Assembly (NCBI GenBank): GCA_951406725.2
Contig: OX597816.1
Location: forward strand, 168,020,001 to 168,084,000
DNA length: 64,000 nucleotides
Source of the DNA: Octopus vulgaris
Taxonomy: Eukaryota
Reading direction: 5' to 3'
The notes beneath the pieces were generated by a model that was not told the origin of the DNA, ran no database searches, and worked only from the letters and a program-made list of their open reading frames with translations. Positions 1 to 14,035 of the stretch are shown piece after piece. How positions within the stretch are numbered: the first letter of the stretch is position 1; each line of letters starts with the position of its first letter. Position numbers and translations under genes: made by a program.

Positions 1-744
1 ATTCGTGGCTCAACATCTGCCTCTTCAGACATTATGTTGCTCCTAAGTTGTATTACAGTCCTAGAGGTTATCAAGCTTCTCAATGATAATGAGATTCTAC
101 CTTCAAGGTTGTATCTAATGCTATCCATTTTTCTAGCATTGGCATAGAGGACTAATTGAAAGATATAATGAATAAACGCTCCAATCAGTCATCCTAAATT
201 ATCAAAAATTGAATATAGGCATAGGAGTGGAGTAGCTTGCTTACCAACCACATGGTTCCAGGTTCAGTCCCACTGCGTGGCACCTTGGGCAAGTGTCTTC
301 TACCATAGCCTTGGGCCTAAATGGACTCTGTTCTGGTTACCTTTCACTTTGTTTTGTATATTTATATTCTTGTATTTTTATATATCTATATTTATCTTAT
401 TTTTAGCTCCATTGTCTTAAATTTTTAGTCACCTTTATTATGCATTAATTTATTCCCTAAATTTTTCTTCGTTCAACTTCACTCGTACTACCCTTTTAGG
501 TTTTGTCACCTTTTATTCGTATATATGTGTATATTTTATACTATTGGGTTTTACCATTGGGTGCCCTATTGTTTTGATATAAATTTATATTAATTTTTGA
601 TAATTTGGGAACGATATGAAATTATTTTGACCAACTGGAACATACCTTTCAATTTATTTCTCCTATATATATATATACATACACACATATATATATATAT
701 ATACACACACACACTCATATATATATATATATACATACACACAC

Positions 745-775
<31 letters not shown>

Positions 776-798
776 TATATATATATATACACACATAC

Positions 799-882
<84 letters not shown>

Positions 883-1377
883 CATATGTGGAAAATTCTG
901 TCTGTGGGTGTGTTTGTGGAGTTGTTAGCTAATTCCTCTTACATCGTTTTTTCGATTTTGATGAAACTTGACACGTCAGTAGAACTCACGCCTGGAAACC
1001 TCATGGCATACTCAGATGTTGGAAAAAAATTGATAATAGGGCCCCTGGAAGGGATCCTTATATATAGCCAAGGGAAATAACCCATTCATTTTTCCTAAAT
1101 TATTTGGTAAAAATGGAACTGTTTTCGCAATTTATCCATTACAACCCTTAAGCAAGTAAATAGTATTTTCCTAAGCAATAGATCCACTTATTTTGGTTAG
1201 TGACTTATTCATGAATGTACGAACACTAGCAACCCAAGGGTAATATTTTCTGGGAATGCACAAAAGCCCTTTTCAGAGTTATTTACTTTTATTTGTTATT
1301 ATCTCATATCTGATTAGCCTGTTATTATGTAACATGGTTCATGATTTTAGTATACATATCTTATTGGTATTTCCTCT

Positions 1378-1432
<55 letters not shown>

Positions 1433-1447
1433 GTATATATATGTATA

Positions 1448-1496
<49 letters not shown>

Positions 1497-1616
1497 TTAT
1501 AAAACTTTAAATATACACACATTCACACATATATGTATATATAGACATTTAGCTATGGACATACATAGAATATATTAGTCACACATATTAAATACATAAA
1601 GATATGAATATAATAC

Positions 1617-1719
1617 CGATGCCCATTTTAAGCAACAGTTCATACGTGATCGCTCAAGATGACAAAGTGTCTTTCTGGCTCCGACGAAAGGAACAACTGG
1701 AGGAAGACCAGTATAAAAC
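1617..1719 (-). CDS. Slo2: Slo2 exon (entry to RCK2): FYTGLPPVVPFVGARKTLCHLERSRMNCCLKWAS
   Basis: ttcttgtag/gtatta, 103 nt, phase 2-0. Matches KCNT1 GYPPNSPYIGSSPTLCHL...CCL. Confidence 0.93.
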
Positions 1720-2070
1720 CTACAAGAAGATAAAGAGAACATAAATGGTAATGCAAGAGAGAAGCATGTAAAAGGAGTTTACTATATTGGCATTTAAGTA
1801 TCTGCACATTTTTATAGTCACTGATTTATATTTAGGATCAGTTTTAATGAACCAAGTATGCGTGTTAGCAACAATATAAAGGTGATGAATAAATGTCATT
1901 CAATAACAGGATTTCACAATATTTGGTATATTTATTTATAAAGTTGCCAAGTGTTTTTTTACTTGATTTCTGTACAAGATCTGATGCTAGGGTTTGATTG
2001 GTATAAATGAAGCAACATCAAAGATTATTCCTACAGAATGCCTTAAAACTTTTAAAGAATTTATTTAAAA

Positions 2071-2457
2071 CTAGCAGTATGGCCCAGCATTGCTCGGAAA
2101 TAACTATATAAACATTTTTAGAGAGTTATAGCCAAAAAATAGCAAATAAATGCATTAAAAATGGAAAAAAAAATGATGGTAATTTTTTTTTTAAATCGTT
2201 GACTCATCGTAGACATTTTTAGAGAGTTAATTCCCTTATATAACAGCGAAAAAAATGCATTAAAATGGAAATGATGATGGTAAATTTTTTAAAAATCGTA
2301 GATTCATCGTAGATGCGCACTAATACCCAGAAGGGCTCGATATGAATCACGACTATAAGATACCTGGTTTTGGTTAAACTGCACCGCAAAATGTGGGAGT
2401 AGTTAGGAATCTTAATCGTAGGAGACAGACACACAACTTCTCTTTTATATATAAAGA
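2071..2457 (-). mobile_element. Non-autonomous Helitron (same family)
   Basis: Reverse-complement match to 40120-40514 with TC...CTAG termini. Confidence 0.8.
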
Positions 2458-3357
2458 TGATAGTTACAACTGAATTGTCAGACAAGTAACTTAATTTGAA
2501 ACATTATTTTGAAACTAAATCAATTCTATTGTGAAAGAGCCACTTTAGCTAACTGAAACACAGAAAAACTTAAAATTTTCATTTTATTTATTTCTTGAGG
2601 TACCAAAATATTCTTTACTCTTCTGTGGATTCCGCTGTAACTGAGTCAGTGACCAGGAAAATGAAGCAAGCATTTTTTGTGTTTTTAGTTGGCTAAAATA
2701 ACTCTTCCATGATTTCATGGTTTAATAATCTGTTATTTAATTTAATCTAACAAATGCATTGCTGTGGCACACCAGCAAATAGTTTCTACACCATTTATAT
2801 ATAGTTGTGGACTGACAATTTAATTCATATTGGGCTTGATTCAGGCATGCAAAGTTGATAGGCCACAAAAACGGTGAAATATTGGTATCTATCACTCCTG
2901 AATGAGACTGGAGGTGAGTTGTCTCACCTGTTAATGACTTTCAGGTGTTTTAACACCCAACACAATGAGGGAGTCATCTCCTAGGTGCTATACCACAGTG
3001 AAACGGTGAACAAACAAAACACATACATTGAGCATGTGTGATCGATAATGTTTACAACACTAGCACTGCTTTTAATTCGTTCTTGAATACCAATAATATT
3101 GTCAGTATGACTCCTAAATTGTTTATATTACTAACCTTCACAGAGAGGATAATCAACCTCAGTATTTCATTCATACATATTTTATTGACATAGAAGGATG
3201 AATGATATAGACAACACAGAATTTGAACTTGATGACAACATGGTCACTTTCCACATGAATATGGTCACAGTTTATTATTCACATGATTGCATTTAATTCA
3301 AGAGAAAAGTTATTCAAGCTTTCAACAAAATATGATACATACATATAAATTATGATT

Positions 3358-3407
3358 TGTGTATGTATGTGTGTGTATGTATGTATGTATGTATGTATGT
3401 ATGTATG

Positions 3408-3441
<34 letters not shown>

Positions 3442-3920
3442 TGTATGTATGCATGTATGTATGCATGTATGTATGCATGTGTGTGTGTATGTGTGTATGT
3501 ATGTATGTATGTATGTATGCATGTGTGCATGTGTGTATGTATGTGTGTATGTATGTATGTATGTATGTATGTATGTGTGTATGTATGTATGTATGTATAC
3601 ATGTGTGTATGTATGTATGTATGTATGTATGTATGTATGCATGTGTGCATGTGTGTATGTATGTGTGTATGTATGTATGTATGTATGTGTGCATGTGTGT
3701 ATGTATGTGTGTATGTATGTATGTATGCATGTGTGTATGTATGTATGTATGTATGCATGTGTGCATGTGTGTATGTATGTGTGTATGTATGTATGTATGT
3801 ATGTATGTATGTATGTATGTATGTATGTATGTATGCATGCATGCATGTATGTATTTGCATGTATGTATGTATTTGCATGTGTATGTGTATATGTATGTTG
3901 TATGTGTATATGTATGTATG
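3358..3920. repeat. (TATG)n/(TG)n compound microsatellite
   Basis: Read directly. Confidence 0.98.
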
Positions 3921-4003
3921 TCTTCTCTTTCTGACTGGCCACCAGCTTGGTAGCAAGCTGACGGAAAGTATCTTGATGTAACCATCATTCTTTAAATTGT
4001 AAG

Positions 4004-4042
<39 letters not shown>

Positions 4043-7000
4043 AATATGGGTGTATTTACTTTTAACATGCTCTTGTACACCAGAATGTGAAAGGCATTTG
4101 ATGAGGAGTTTTGTTTCTGAGAAAAATTTCTCTTGAGACTTTGTGTGTTAAAACCAGTGAAACAAATTTCCAAGTGACATCAGTGGTAGACTACCAAGCA
4201 AGGCTTGAAATGATTTCACTTCTTCAGAAGCAGACACAGAGGCTAAACCAGAATTCCTGCTTGTAACTTACGGTTTGACAAGCTGGAATTTATTTAGTAT
4301 AGATACACAAAACAATGAGGATAAAAATAAAGATGGTTACATTTATTTTTGGCACATTTTTGCATGTTAGAAAATGAAAAGCACTCACTGTGGGATTTTT
4401 GTCTCATAGATATATTTCTTTCCATCATCTTTGTGAGCAAAATCCCATTCAGATGAGCTCCAAGAGACATCAGTAGACAATCAGACAGTGTTTCAATGTG
4501 ACTTCACAGGATCTGCTACAGATGAAACAGAAATCATACCAAAACATCATGTCTGGTAGTCTGTTGATATTACTTAGAGCTCAGCTTGATGTGTTTTTAT
4601 ATGCTTTTGGAGAGAGAAATTTCTCTAATAAAGAAAATTCCACAGCGAATGTCTTTCAGATTCTATTATACAAGAGCATCATCATCATCATCATCATTTA
4701 ACGTCCGCTTTCCATGCTAACATGGGTTGGATGATTTGACTGAGGACTGGTGAACCAGACTCCAATCTGATCTGGCAGAGTTTCTACAGCTGGATGCCCT
4801 TCCTAACGCCAACCACTCTGGGAGTGTAGTGGGTGCTTTTACGTGGCACCGGCACGAGGGCCAGTCTTGCGGTACTGGCAATGGCCACACTCGAAATGGT
4901 GTTTTTTACATGCCGCCTGCACAGGAGTCAGTCCAGTGGCATTGGCAACGACCTCGCTTGAATGTTTTGTTCATGTGCCACTGGCACAAGTGCCAGTAAG
5001 GTGACGCTTGTAATGAGCATACTAAAAACAAATGTATTCATCTTTATTTTGATCCTTGTTGTTGCGCATGTGTGTATGTATGTGTGTGTGTGTGTGCATA
5101 CATGTGCACATGCATGCATATATTTGTGCACACATGTGTGTGCACATGTATGTGCATGTGCATGTACATGTATGTGTGCATGTGTGTGTGTAAATACACA
5201 TACACAGACATATATTCCTGGTTTCATAAATAAAGTCAGCAGCAGGTATATTGGCTCGAAAGAATGTGCACATATTAATAGATAGCAATTGACATTCAGA
5301 GAGGTCTGTTTCAGAGTGTTAAAATAAGAAATCAGAAACGATACAGACTCCTACCTAAATGCTAAAAGCCAAATAAATAAGAATCCAGCAATAGAAAACT
5401 ATGAAACTCCAAACCAAACAGAAGCTATAGGCATATCAACCACTTCTATATAAAACAATAATACAATGAAGTAAAAGGGAAAGAAAACAGGTCAATACAA
5501 ATATTATTATTAACACAGATTATTAGAAAAAGGAACAAAAATTGAAGTAGAATTTACTAGGATTTGAAAAGCAAATATGTACAAAATAAAATATATAAAT
5601 AAGAACAGAAACAAAATGAAGATTGCCAGTGCAAATAGAAGTAGTCTTCTGGGATGTAAGTGCAGAAACAAGTGATTCATATAAATTATGTAAGAATGGA
5701 AAATAATGAAGAGAACTGATGAAAACTATGTAACAATTACAACCAAGGAAATAATAAAGGCAAAGGACAAAATGAGGGGAAAAAGGACAGGCAACTATCA
5801 GAAATAATATAAAGAAAGAAAGTCTAACACAAAATAGGTGTGGAGTAATTAAATCATGTGAAGAACAAATTTATTGTTGAAGGAAGGTGGTAGAGGCAGA
5901 GAGTAAGAGAGGAAACAGTATTGGAGAGAGAGAGACAGTGTGTAATAGAAGGAACGGGGGGGAAAGTAAAAGAGTAATGTCAAAGGTTAGAGAAAAAGAG
6001 AGGGAGAGAGGGAGAGAGAGAGAGAGAGATTGTGTGATAAGGATGGTGGGATGGCTCAAGTGGGGGAAGATCCAGTGCTATCCTCTATTTTATAGATAAA
6101 GCTGGGCTGGTGGAATGGATCAGAGGGTGTATAAAAAACAATTAGAAATTTGGGTGATGAGGAGCTGGAGAAGCCATGGGGAGGTGGTCAATGAAAGAAA
6201 GAGAGGTAGTGTTGGGAGAGAGAGAGAGAGAGAGAAGAATAAGGTATTGAAGTGGTAAAGATGCTGAGGTGAAGGTCAGGAAGACTAAGAGAGGCAGGAG
6301 TATGGAGTAGCAGTGTATGCATGCAGTGAAAGCAATATGGGAAAGGGTAGCAGGAGGGTATCATAGAGGCTGGTGGGGAGAAGGCATCCCAAGTATTAAC
6401 ACTGTCTATTTCAGTATCCTCTCTTAGAAAGAGTCTTAAAAGTCTGATGCTCTACCAACTGAACGTTAGCACGCCGGGCGAAATGCGTAGCCGTATTTCG
6501 TCTGCCGTTATGTTCTGAGTTCAAATTCTGCTGAGGTCGACTTTGCCTTTCATCCTTTCGGGGTCGATAAATTAAGTACCAGTTACGCACTGGGGTCGAT
6601 ATAATTGACTTAACTCTTTTGTCTGTCCTTGTTTGTCCCCTCTATGTTTAGCCCCTGGTGGGTAATAAAGAAACATATTTCAGTATTCTCTCTGTTATAC
6701 TTGTACTGAAGTGTAGGTCTCCTCTTGTAACACATCACTATTTCTTTGTACCAATCTTAATAATTCTGAGAGAACCTGAAAAGTTATGATTGCTGTCTTT
6801 CCTCAGCTGATTAAATGAACTAATTAAAACATACAAAACTCACTGTCTGCAATCACTCTTATTGCTAAAATTGCACCCAATAAACTTTTTCAGGAGACAT
6901 GTTTTAGGATAAAATACAAGACTTCCTCACTGTGGAGTACAACTTTCATATCTGAGGAACCACATTAACTTCAATCCTAGACATTCTTCATATTAGTGTA

Positions 7001-7637
7001 TCTGCAAATTAATAAACCTACCTTTGCTGACAACTTTTTCATCCATTCATTGTTTTCACTGACTTTTCTGTTTTACTCTTTCAAATTTGTCAACAATAAC
7101 TTTACAAGCCCAAGCTATGTCCGTATTTGTGTTTCTACTTTTCATCACTCTTCTTGTTTAAACTCCAAACTCAATAATATATGCCAACTACCCTTATGGC
7201 ATTTACAGTGTACCCCTGCTTATTCGGGATTCGGCATTCGCGGAACAAATAATTTTTTACAGAAAGCACCGCATGTTTGCCGAATAGTAAATATCATCTG
7301 CGATTTCTTATGACTTCCTTCACACTTTTTAAGGCTTAATTATTAATAACAATATACCATATTTGCCGGCTTATCAGACGTCCCTTTGCCCCCTATTAGA
7401 ATAGCCTTGCATCACGTCACTTGATTAGTTTAGATACAAGTACACAGTATCTTGCATCTCTTATTCTTGCTTTCAGTCACACCTTTCTAATTAGTATAGC
7501 GACATCTATGTATATTTCACACACACGCACACACACACACAGACTCTCTCTCTCTCTCTCCCATTCTCTCGCTGTATTTGTCTCTCAACAACAACCTCTC
7601 ATTGTAGTTAAAGTGTGTGTGTGTGTGTATATATATA

Positions 7638-8090
7638 TCATCATCATCATCATCGTTTAACGTCCGCTTTCCATGCTAGCATGGGTTGGACGGTTCAACT
7701 GGGGTCTGGCAAGCCCGAAGGCTGCACCAGGCCAGTCAGATCTGGCAGTGTTTCTACAGCTGGATGCCCTTCCTAACGCCAACCACTCCGAGAGTGTAGT
7801 GGGTGATTTTATGTGCCACCGACACAGGTGCCAGACGAGGCTGGCAGACGGCCATGCTCGGATGGTGTTTTTTTATGTGCCACCGACACAGGTGCCAGAC
7901 GGGGCTGGCGGACGGCCACGCTCGGATGGTGTTTGTTACGTGCCCTCAGCACGGAGGCCAGTCGTTGCGGTACTGGCTACGATCACGTTCGGATGGTTTT
8001 CTTATGTGCCACCGGCACTGGTACCACAAGGATACAAATTCCATTGATGTTCATCTATTTTGATTTGGTTCGATTTGATTTGATTTGATT
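7638..8090 (-). mobile_element. SINE/LINE-tail family B with (GAT)n tail (copies at ~4676-5010, 13503-14045, 31824-31950 and 41170-41330)
   Basis: Conserved (CAT)n-CGTTTAACGTCCGCTTTCCATGCTAGCATGG end. A trinucleotide tail of this kind is typical of RTE-mobilised elements. Confidence 0.85.
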
Positions 8091-8974
8091 CGATATATAT
8101 ATATATATATATATAGCTATATGGGATCCAGACGATGGAATCTACCTTGGCATTGTGGATCAGTGACTGCAAGAAGAATAACATCTCTTTGTGTGATAAC
8201 ATCATCCATGAGAAAGTGCAGAAATTATACCAGCAGTTTGACAGAGGAGACGGAGCAGAAGGCACCAAAGAACCGCAAGCAAGACCATTGACAGCACCAG
8301 AACCTGAAGACTTTCAAGCTAGCAAAGGATGGTTTGACTGTTTCCAGAATCGATTTAAAATAAAGTGTGTTTCCCAGCATGGGGTGACAGCACCAGCTGA
8401 CAAAGAAGCTGCTGAGAAGTACTTCGAGGCCTTCAGGCAGATCATCAAGGACAAGAGATACAAGCCAGAACAGGTTTTCAATATGGATGAGACTGGCTTG
8501 TTCTGGAAGAAGATGCCTTCCAGAATATACACCATGAAGAACGAAGCCAGAGCCCCAGGATTTAAGGCACAGAAGAACAGGGTGATGCTAATTATGTGTG
8601 GCAATGCTGCTGGTTTCATGATGAAACCAGGACTTATCTACAAGTCCGCAAACCTGAGGGCCTTCAAAAATAAGAATAAAAACCTGCTGCCTGTCCACTG
8701 GATGCACAACCCCAAGGCCTGGATTACCTAAAGTCTATCTTTGAATTGGTTCCACCAATGCTTCGTCCCTCAAGCCAAGGAATACCTGCAAGACACATGC
8801 ATGGAATTCAAGGTGTTGCTTGTTCTGGATAATACTGGTAGTCATTCATTGAATTTGAATCACAAGGGACTCCAAATCAAGTTCCTCTCTGCTAACACCA
8901 CCTCCCTCATCCAGCCAATGGTTCAAGGCATGATCTTTGGCTTCAAGGCACTTTACACTCAGAACTCTCTCCAT

Positions 8975-9181
8975 GGTTGATGTAAAAAGATACCTTGATG
9001 AATTCTTTGCCATGAAACCACCTCCATTCTGGGAAGAGGGTGTTTTCAAGTTAAAGGAAAGATGGAGACACATTGTGCAACAAAATGGTTCATATTTGGT
9101 CAATTTGAAAATGTAATGGCAAGTATTTATTGACCTTTTTCTTTCCTTTAAAAATCGACACAAACTTTCTGGACAACCCAA
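8975..9181 (+). mobile_element. 3' end fragment of a mariner element
   Basis: Encodes the mariner C-terminus (FWEEGVFKLKERWRHIVQQNGSY) and ends in a TIR matching the left TIR at 36894. Confidence 0.8.
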
Positions 9182-9647
9182 TATTTTACATTATATTTTG
9201 AAATTATAGGCATTTTTTATGGACCATGTCCAATATTCATGGTTTCTCATTATTCACAGGTGCTCTAGGAACGTAACTCCTATGAATACCGGGGGACTAC
9301 TGTATTTCTATTAACAATGTAGTAGTGAAACATCAACGAACAACTCTGCAAAAGTCATAAAAGATTATCTGTCCAATTGAGTTCATTTATCCTTTCAGCC
9401 TAATTCTGCTCCTCTTTGAATACAATAATAGACACTTCTAAAAACTAAACCATCCCATACAAGCCAAAGAAAGCAAAGATGAAATTGATGATATCGAGAA
9501 AGAATAAGAAGAGTGAAGAAAGTGATTATGATTCTAATACTTCAATACTTTCTAATGTTTTAGCTTTTTTGTAGCAAAATTTCCAAGGTAACAGCTCTCA
9601 TCAGTGTACAAGTGAATAATTATCCTCTTTGTCTCATTGCATATATC

Positions 9648-9857
9648 ACTCTTTTACTCTTTTACTTATTTCAGTCATTTGACTGTGGCCATGCTGGAGC
9701 ACCGCCTCTAATTGAGCAAATCGACCCCGGGACTTATTCTTTGTAAGCCCAGTACTTATTTTATCAGTCTCTTTTGCCGAACTGCTAAGTGACGGGGACG
9801 TAAACACACCAGCATCGGTTGTCAAGCAATACTAGGGGGACAAACACAGACACACAA

Positions 9858-9892
<35 letters not shown>

Positions 9893-10044
9893 CATATATA
9901 CGACAGGCTTCTTTCAGTTTCCGTCTACCAAATCCACTCACAAGACATTGGTCGGCCCGGGGCTATAGCAGAAGACACTTGCCCAAAATGCCACGCAGTG
10001 GGACTGAACCTGGAACCATGAGGTTGGTTAGCAAGCTACTTACC
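9648..10044 (-). mobile_element. tRNA-derived SINE family A (~400 bp)
   Basis: A/B-box head (TGGCTGTGTGG...GGTTCAGTCCC), internal (TA/TG)n and (GTAAAAGA)n tail. More than 12 copies in the window. Confidence 0.9.
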
Positions 10045-10125
10045 ACACAGCCACTCCTGCGCCTATATCAGTTTACTATTTCAAAAAATATTTGTCAATA
10101 AAAACAACAACTAAAAATAACTTAC

Positions 10126-10336
10126 TTATCATCTCCAGAGTCGGAGGAATATTTTCTAATGACTCCATGTTCTTTTGGTGATGGTGATTCTGGTTCTTCA
10201 TTTTCATTTTCTTCTTTTATAACTTGACTTGGGTTATTCATAAAAGAATTGCTGATAGTAACTGCAGGGAGACTCTCAATTTCTTCATCAGTGTCATCAT
10301 CCTCACTCAGGTTTTGTAGCTCATTTGCAAATTCAT
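10126..10336 (-). CDS. Slo2: Slo2 exon (acidic, Ser-rich RCK1-RCK2 linker): EFANELQNLSEDDDTDEE...RKYSSDSGDDK
   Basis: Strong gtaagt donor, weak catatag acceptor, 211 nt, phase 1-2. This exactly bridges the phase-1 end at 21757 and the phase-2 start at 1719. No sequence homology, as expected for this linker. Confidence 0.75.
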
Positions 10337-11696
10337 CTATATGTGATATATTTAATTCATTAAATACAAAGTACTTGCAATGATATATATATATATATAT
10401 ATAGGGAGAGTTTACGAAAAAAACAAAAGACGAAGACAGGTGGTGTACAAAACAAACATATGTATTAGTATAACGCTCAGGAATAGAAAAAAATATATAT
10501 ATATATATATGCATCTGCTCAGGTGTGTGTAATGTAACAGAATTTACATGAATCAAAAAAGAATACTCAATACAAATGTACAGTGAAGAAAGTAAATTTA
10601 TAAATATATATATATATATATATAATCTGTCAGTTGTCCTTACATCAGAGAAGCACTGTCTAAAACAGAATTTAAGCAGTTGTACTTCTAACCAGTTAGA
10701 AAGTTACCATTGGTTTCACATCTATTATTGCATTTGGCAATACTGATAATGCTTTAGACATGCTGAACAGAAGCACATAGCCCCTTTATTCAAGTGGTAA
10801 TTTTCTGATTGGCTATATGCTACAATCAGGAACATACAATTTGACAATATATATGAAACTCAAAATTATAAATGAAATAGAAATCAAGCATAAAGATTTA
10901 ATTTTCTGGTAAGATTTTCTGAAATTGTTAAAGAAAAGTTGGTAATAAATTTCACCTAAATTTTTTTAATAACAACCAAATCTATTTATATTAGATTCTG
11001 TTTTAATTAGCAATGAGTAGAAAGTTCAATTAATACTTTTAAAAATAACTTTAATATTCAAATTAGGAATTGATATTTTAAACAGGTTGGAGAAAAATAA
11101 AAATAAATAAACTTATTTTAATATGATGTTGGATAAATAACACACACACACGAAAACACAGATAGACAGACAGACAGACAGACAAACAGATAAAGTATAT
11201 ATCAATTAAACTATCTACATTTATTAGAGTGCAGACACCTTTCAAAGAACAATCATAAGCTGTGGTAAGTGAGAATATGTTGAATTTAATTTTAAATCAT
11301 TACTCAAAGTAATTTAAGCAGGATTCTAATGATTAGCCAATGAGAATGTTAACAGTTTATTGATTGAGGCAGTTCACATCTTATAATGTCTGTATTCTTA
11401 CAGATGAAGCTCTGGGGGTTTCGTTTCTATTGGAGAAAACCTGGTTATAGTTAACTGAGCTTACGTACCAGAAATGAAGTATATGAATTCAAATTTCTAT
11501 ATTTTTGTTACACGACAGGGCTAATAATGAAATTTTAAAAAATGAAGGCACCATTACATGTGTTTTTATCAAACTTAAATATGATGAAAGCAAGTTTATT
11601 TAGTACATGACAGAATATTTGCCCTTTTTTAATTCTTGTCTCAAGGCAATGTTATAGCAAGTTTGTCAAGTTTAACTGAGGTTTGACAAAGATATA

Positions 11697-12336
11697 GGCG
11701 CAGGAGTGGTTGTGTGGTAAGTAGCTTGCTTACCAACCACATGGTTCCGGGTTCAGTCCCACTGCGTGGCACCTTGGGCAAATTTCTTCTACTATAGCCT
11801 TGGGCCGACCAAAGCCTTGTGAGTGGATTTAGTAGACGGAAACTGAAAGAAGCCCGTTGTATATGTGTGTGTATATATATATGTGTGTATATATATATGT
11901 GTGTGTATATATATATATATGTGTGTGTGTATATATATACACATATATATATGTGTGTGTATAAATATGTGTGTATATATATATGTGTATATATATATAT
12001 GTCAACAGATGCTGGGCAAGTGTCTTCTACTATAACTTTGGGCCGACCAAAGCCTTGTGAGTGGATTTGGTAGACGGAAACTGAAAGAAGCCCGTCGTAT
12101 ATATGTATATATATATGTGTGTGTGTATGTTTGTGTGTCTGTGTTTGTCCCCCTAGCATTGCTTATCAACAGATGCTGATGTGTTTAAGTCCCCACAACT
12201 TAGCGGTTCGGCAAAAGAGACCAATAGAATAAGTACTAGGCTTACAAAGAATAAGTCCTGGGGTCAATTTGCTCGACTAAAGGCGGTGCTGCAGCATGGC
12301 CGCAGTCAAATGACTGAAACAAGTAAAAGAGAGAGA
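11697..12336 (+). mobile_element. SINE family A with internal duplication
   Basis: The segment GGGCAAGTGTCTT...GAAGCCCGT is repeated at ~11776 and ~12014. Confidence 0.9.
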
Positions 12337-13148
12337 GTCGATGAAAATTAGTAATTGAGGAAGTAATGCAAATGGAACTATAAACATTCTACTGGAACAA
12401 GAGGAAATTAGTGATTATCTATATTAAAGATTTGCTGTGTGGAATCATTTGTAAACTCAAAGATCTTAATTGACCTGTATCCCTTTATTTAATGTTCTCC
12501 TTTACATCTGTTAGAAAGATTTATTGTAGGTATGTCAGAAACATAAGATTCTATCAAAACAGGCCTAAAACTTCAAATGTTATTACCCCAAATCATTAAA
12601 ATAATTGACGACAACAGAAAAATTCTGTGAGTGTAGTGGGTGCTTTTTACGTGCCACCGGCATAGGTGCCAGGTGAGGCTGGCAATGGCCACGATCGGAT
12701 TGGTGCTTTTTATGTGCCACCGGATTGATGCTTTTTATGTGCCACCGGATTGGTGCTTTTTATGTGCCACCGGATTGGTACTTTTTTGGTATGGTATGTA
12801 TGTATGTATGTATGTATGCATGTATGCATGTATGTATGTATGTATGTTATGTATGTATGTATGTATGTTATGTATGTATGTATGCTAATATGTAAGTGTG
12901 TGTGTATGTATGTATGTATGTATGTATGTATGTATGTATGTACATATGCATGTATATATGCATGCATACACAATTTTCCTTTGAATTTTATTCAAGTTCT
13001 TCTTGAGAGAGTTTAAACTGGTTGCTAACAAAGTGACAAGACTTTTTGAGTTAAGAGAGTTCTTGGTTTTTGTAAATATGTGGTTGAGTTGGTAATGGAT
13101 ATATGAATGAATGTGTGTGAGTGTGCATGCATATATGTATGTGTCTGT

Positions 13149-13180
<32 letters not shown>

Positions 13181-13730
13181 CATGTATGTATGTCCATCTA
13201 TCTCTACGTCTGTATATATGGCAATAATCCTAGTCTTAATAGTTCTTCACAATGACTCTATGTTAAAACAAATTTTTGAAATGGATTTTCAGTAAAATAT
13301 ATTTAGGACACTCATTGTAAATCAAATTTTGAAAATCATCAAAAATGAACATGGTGAAATAGCTATATGAGAAACAGATGATCTCTCGAACATTTAGAGT
13401 GAAAACAATTTAAATTTTTAAAAAATGAGCTTTAAGAATGCTACTATCAAATATTTCAACTTCAAGTTTGCCAAATTTTCTTTTACAAAGTTTTGAGAAA
13501 ATATCATCATCATCATCATCATCATCGTTTAACGTCCGCTTTCCATGCTAGCATGGGTTGGACGGTTCGACCGGGGATCTGGGAAGCCAGAAGGCTGCAC
13601 CAAGCCCAGTCTGATCTGGCAGTGTTTCTATGGCTGCATGCCCTTCCTAACGCCAGCCACTCTGTGAGTATAGTGGGTGCTTTTTACGTGCCACCGGCAT
13701 AGGTGCCAGGCGAGGCTGGCAATGGCCACG

Positions 13731-14035
13731 ATTGGATTGGTGCTTTTTATGTGCCACCGGATTGGTGCTTTTTAAGTGCCACCGGATTGGTGCTTTTTAT
13801 GTGCCACCGGATTGGTGCTTTTTACGTGCCACCGGATTGGTACTTTTTATGTGCCACCAGATTGGTACTTTTTACATGCCACCGGATTGGTGCTTTTTAC
13901 GTGCCACCGGATTGGTGCTTTTTACGTGCCACCAGATTGGTGCTTTTTATGTGCCACCGGATTGGTGCTTTTTACGTGCCACCGGATTGGTGCTTTTTAC
14001 ATGCCACCGGATTGGTGCTTTTTATGTGCCACCGG
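13731..14035. repeat. 25-bp minisatellite, ~12 units (GTGCCACCGGATTGGTGCTTTTTAY)
   Basis: 25-bp periodicity from 13751 onward. A shorter array lies at ~12695-12790. Confidence 0.95.

Larger units (their letters stand above)
7206..9302 (+). mobile_element. Decayed Tigger/pogo DNA transposon with nested SINE and mariner fragment
   Basis: TA-CAGT...ACTG-TA ends with degenerate TIRs. ORFs 8135-8731 and 8741-8975 show ASKGWF, QVFNMDETGLFWK and TTSLIQPM..G, typical of the CENP-B HTH + DDE_1 (TIGD1-like) transposase. Confidence 0.9.

Noticed and set aside
3279-3988. Long ORFs in all six frames (also at 590-932, 24207-24735, 28090-28709, 31425-31983 and 38437-38712)
   Set aside because: Stop-free translations of (TATG)n, (TA)n and (CA)n microsatellites.
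8135-8731. 198-aa TIGD1-like ORF as a domesticated gene
   Set aside because: Premature stop, truncation by a mariner fragment and retained TIRs indicate a dead transposon.
11402-11460. Possible small minus-strand exon ending in TCT|gtaaga
   Set aside because: The available acceptors give either a stop in phase 1 or a phase-0 end incompatible with the next exon.
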